Shown here: piece by piece, positions 38,055-40,943 of the stretch
Numbering within the stretch: the first letter of the stretch is position 1
Layout: the number at the start of each line of letters is the position of its first letter
Source: Candidatus Thorarchaeota archaeon
Lineage (GTDB): Archaea > Asgardarchaeota > Thorarchaeia > Thorarchaeales > Thorarchaeaceae
Assembly: GCA_038893995.1 (NCBI GenBank)
Contig: JAWAQK010000017.1
Coordinates: forward strand, 1-40,943
Direction of reading: 5' to 3'
Length of the DNA: 40,943 nucleotides
The notes under the pieces: generated by a model
Told to the model about the DNA's origin: nothing
The model's database searches: none
The model's input: only the letters and a program-made list of their open reading frames with translations
Position numbers and translations under genes: made by a program

Positions 38055-39211
38055 CATACGATGAGCTTATACTAGTATCCTATGTCCCCTTCGGAGCACC
38101 CCACGGGCTCGCCGACAGAGTCAGGGGCATATGTAACGCCTTTCAGCGGAAGGGAGTACGGTGCACTGTAATATGTCCGGGACGTAGGGACGAGTCGATT
38201 GACATTGACAAGGTGAAAGTCTTGCGCACGTCGGTCCCATTCTTTGGCAGCGCGCTATCCCTCAGAGGAGGTGCAAAGATAATTGCACACCTACTCTTTC
38301 TGGTCAAGGCATTCCCCAAGGTGCTCAGGATGTGTCTGCAAAGCCGGTGTCTTGTCCTGATTGAACAGATAGTCGGTCTTCCGATCATGCTCTCCATGTT
38401 GTTACTGGGATTCTCAAAGCGAGTAGTACTCGACGATCTGAATCTTCTTCACGGGGCATACACTTTTGCCCCCCGGCCCCTACTTGTCATGGTCGATATG
38501 CTGAGTCTACTGGGCCCCGGTCCCATATCCACCGCCTCATCAGCGACCGTAGCATTTGCGAGAAGATGGAAGCCTAACAAACAAGTACTGTTTACACCAA
38601 ATGGAGTTGAGGTCAGCAGGCGAGATCAGACCAGCACAACAGGTTCCGCAAGAAGACTACTCTTTGTTGGAAACCTCTCGTTCGAGCAGAACAGAGTGGC
38701 AGTGGGGCATGTCATTCGTATCGCAGAGGAAGTCAGGCGTCAGGCCGGAGATTTCACCATAGAGATCGTTGGAGGGCCCATCTCAGCCGCACCATCCTTT
38801 CAGTCTGAGACTGTCAGGGAGCTTGTCAAGTTTCACGGATTCATTTCAGACAGTGAACTCGATAGGCTTACACGCGAGTGCGCAATAGGGATACTCCCCT
38901 TCTTTGATGACACTCTCTTGACGGGAGGTCAGAGGACCAAGGCCATGAGGTTCATGGCTGCGGGTCTGTTGGTAGTCTCCGGTCCACAGGGAGTCGGCAG
39001 AATCAGAGGGATAAGGCCTGGAGTCGACTACCTGGAGGCAAGAACACCGCATGAATTTGCTGAACTCCTCGCCTGTGCGATCAACGACTTTGAGCGATTC
39101 AGAGCAGTGGCTGCAAGGGGTAAGGAATCAGTCGAGATGTTCTACTCATGGGATGAAACAGTAAAACCGCTGATTCGTCATTTCTTCGGAAGGCCTGATT
39201 GTGAGGCCTGA
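38051..39211 (+). CDS. Glycosyltransferase family 4 (GT-B)
   Basis: TPNGV, LLFVGNL, FHGFIS, YSWD. ATGA overlap with the upstream gene. Confidence 0.85.
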   Translation: MTYDELILVSYVPFGAPHGLADRVRGICNAFQRKGVRCTVICPGRRDESIDIDKVKVLRTSVPFFGSALSLRGGAKIIAHLLFLVKAFPKVLRMCLQSRCLVLIEQIVGLPIMLSMLLLGFSKRVVLDDLNLLHGAYTFAPRPLLVMVDMLSLLGPGPISTASSATVAFARRWKPNKQVLFTPNGVEVSRRDQTSTTGSARRLLFVGNLSFEQNRVAVGHVIRIAEEVRRQAGDFTIEIVGGPISAAPSFQSETVRELVKFHGFISDSELDRLTRECAIGILPFFDDTLLTGGQRTKAMRFMAAGLLVVSGPQGVGRIRGIRPGVDYLEARTPHEFAELLACAINDFERFRAVAARGKESVEMFYSWDETVKPLIRHFFGRPDCEA

Positions 39212-39522
39212 TCCAAGACTCTCGTCTTCTGTCGGAGGAACATAGCCGATCAGCACGAGCGAGGCGGTATTTCAGACGAGTGAATGTACCCAGTATCTGT
39301 CCTTACGTGGGACCCTCGTCATTGAGCTTTGCTCCACTATCTCATTGAGTACCGCGAACCCCGTGACTCTTGTTCTGTGAAAGACATGCCTGCTTCATAC
39401 AGTCGATCAGATCCTCGACGAACCCCCTGTGAATGGTAGATTTCGCTTGAGATGGCCCTCGTTGGGGGAAGCACTCTTAAGTACCTTCTCGAAACGCATA
39501 TCCATAAGGGGTGGAATTGGAT

Positions 39523-40943
39523 TTGACGAGCCAGTCAAACAACTCAGAATTCATTCTACAGATCTTGGTCATCGGAGTGTTACTTGTTGCGGTTTCTGTT
39601 GCGGTCAGTGTGATCATTACATCTTTCAATTATCCGACTATCGACGTCGGGACGCTCGCCATGTTCGTGTATGTCCTGAGCCAAAGACTGTCAGCTTCAA
39701 CTGGTCTATTGTTGTTTTCTGTCATTGTGCTCATTCCGCTCTACAACCAATTGCATGTTAACAATCACACTGAACTTGCCAGTACCGTACAGGTGACCAG
39801 AATGTGGAACAGACGCGAACTGCTTGGAGCCATGGCACTGGCGGAGGGCGCAATGGTTCTGATACTTGCTTCGCGTTACTTGGTACTCGGTACCCCTACC
39901 GGATGGGACACGGGATTCTATGTATACCAGGGCGAGATAATCTCCCTGGAAGGAGTATCTCATGTCTTTGACAATGCCCGCGTAATACCAAATGCGATCT
40001 CCTTCCTAGTCTGGTCAGTGACTGGGAGCATCTCGATGACCGGGATGGCGCTACCATTCATCTTTGGCGGGCTGTTCTGCATGCTCGTATTCCTTGCGGC
40101 CTATAGAGTCTTCGGTTCAAGCTGGAGCACTATAGTAGTTTCCATCTCATCTGTGTGTACTTACTCCTTCGCGAGGTTGACGTATGACCTGTATGCCCAG
40201 GTCCTTTCACTTGGTTTCCTTGTCCTCCTTCTCTCGCTGATTGCCACACTACATCTCCGCGGAACGGACGAGAGTGCGAGTTTGTACACAGAAACGGGGC
40301 TAATCTTACTGGTCGTTGGGCTTCTCAGCGTGACTCATCTCAGCTTCACATTGTGGTCCATCGTCTTTCTCTGCCCATACCTGGTCCTAGCCAGACGCCC
40401 CAGGAGAATACAGCCTATCACAATTAGAGAGCTGGCATCGCACGTACGTAACATGACCAGATGGCAACTGGGCCTCTCAACTGTGATTCTCCTAACTGGT
40501 GCCCTCGGCGTCTTCGCCATCTGGGGCGCCCTTGGCAGCCTCTCTTCGGTGATCGTGGCAGCAATGTCTGAGACCAGACCTCTGCAGCCATTATCCCTCT
40601 GGATGGCAGAGCCATTTCTCAAAGAACCTTTCCTGATTCTCTTCGTCGCGGCGGCTGGAGCATCTGCGGTTCGATACGGGAAAGACCCTCGGTCGAGATT
40701 CATGGCATTGATAGCCTACTGGAATGCTTTCGCCCTAATCGCTGCGATTGCTACGGGGTACGCACAGGCATATCGTTTTGCGCTGCTGGTACTAGTTCCA
40801 TTCTACGTTCCCTCAGGGCTGAGCATCCTATGGCGGCGCCTGGAATCCACTATACTTGAACGAAGAATCGCATCAGTGTCAAGCAAGACCGTCCGACGAG
40901 TGAAACAAGTGGCAATAGTGGTCTTTCTACTTCTCGTGATATC
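39523..40943 (+). CDS. Polytopic membrane protein, probable GT-C-fold glycosyltransferase (3' truncated by window edge)
   Basis: Not in the ORF track. The frame opens after TAA 39505-39507 and appears open to the window end. Many TMs, with PTGWDTGFY and RLTYDLYAQ motifs. Start could be 39511, 39517 or 39523. Confidence 0.7.
   Translation, partial: MTSQSNNSEFILQILVIGVLLVAVSVAVSVIITSFNYPTIDVGTLAMFVYVLSQRLSASTGLLLFSVIVLIPLYNQLHVNNHTELASTVQVTRMWNRRELLGAMALAEGAMVLILASRYLVLGTPTGWDTGFYVYQGEIISLEGVSHVFDNARVIPNAISFLVWSVTGSISMTGMALPFIFGGLFCMLVFLAAYRVFGSSWSTIVVSISSVCTYSFARLTYDLYAQVLSLGFLVLLLSLIATLHLRGTDESASLYTETGLILLVVGLLSVTHLSFTLWSIVFLCPYLVLARRPRRIQPITIRELASHVRNMTRWQLGLSTVILLTGALGVFAIWGALGSLSSVIVAAMSETRPLQPLSLWMAEPFLKEPFLILFVAAAGASAVRYGKDPRSRFMALIAYWNAFALIAAIATGYAQAYRFALLVLVPFYVPSGLSILWRRLESTILERRIASVSSKTVRRVKQVAIVVFLLLVI

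Noticed and set aside
1-40943. CRISPR arrays, tRNA/rRNA genes, transposases, integrases and the many antisense/alternate-frame ORFs
   Set aside because: No spaced repeats, cloverleaf or recombinase motifs were recognised by eye. The shadow ORFs overlap well-supported genes and are expected at this GC content.

Overview
Gene-dense archaeal chromosomal segment. The archaeal TBP, Rab-like small GTPase, C-terminally anchored family-5 solute-binding protein, stand-alone 7TM protein and bacterial-type PfkA together suggest an Asgard archaeon, probably Thorarchaeia (inference). Left to right: the end of a C50-carotenoid operon (lyeJ-like 3' end plus cruF); a kinase-free signalling cluster (three stand-alone receiver domains, a KaiC-like ATPase, a GvpD-like ATPase, an inactive KaiC-like domain and a TPR protein); ArsR, DUF389, LysE and ECF-S genes; a beta-propeller repeat protein; two flavoproteins and pfkA; a circularly permuted OppA-like protein; an MFS transporter; a co-oriented 7TM / small GTPase / DENN-like gene run; a ~730 bp hairpin-rich non-coding gap; an acyl-metabolism group (crotonase, sirtuin, lactate permease, FadH); a site-2 protease; tbp with three TATA-like boxes upstream; and the start of a glycosylation locus (frameshifted epimerase, GT4, GT-C-like protein running off the edge). 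I recognised no rRNA, tRNA, CRISPR array or mobile element. All family assignments are by-eye motif recognition, not database searches.
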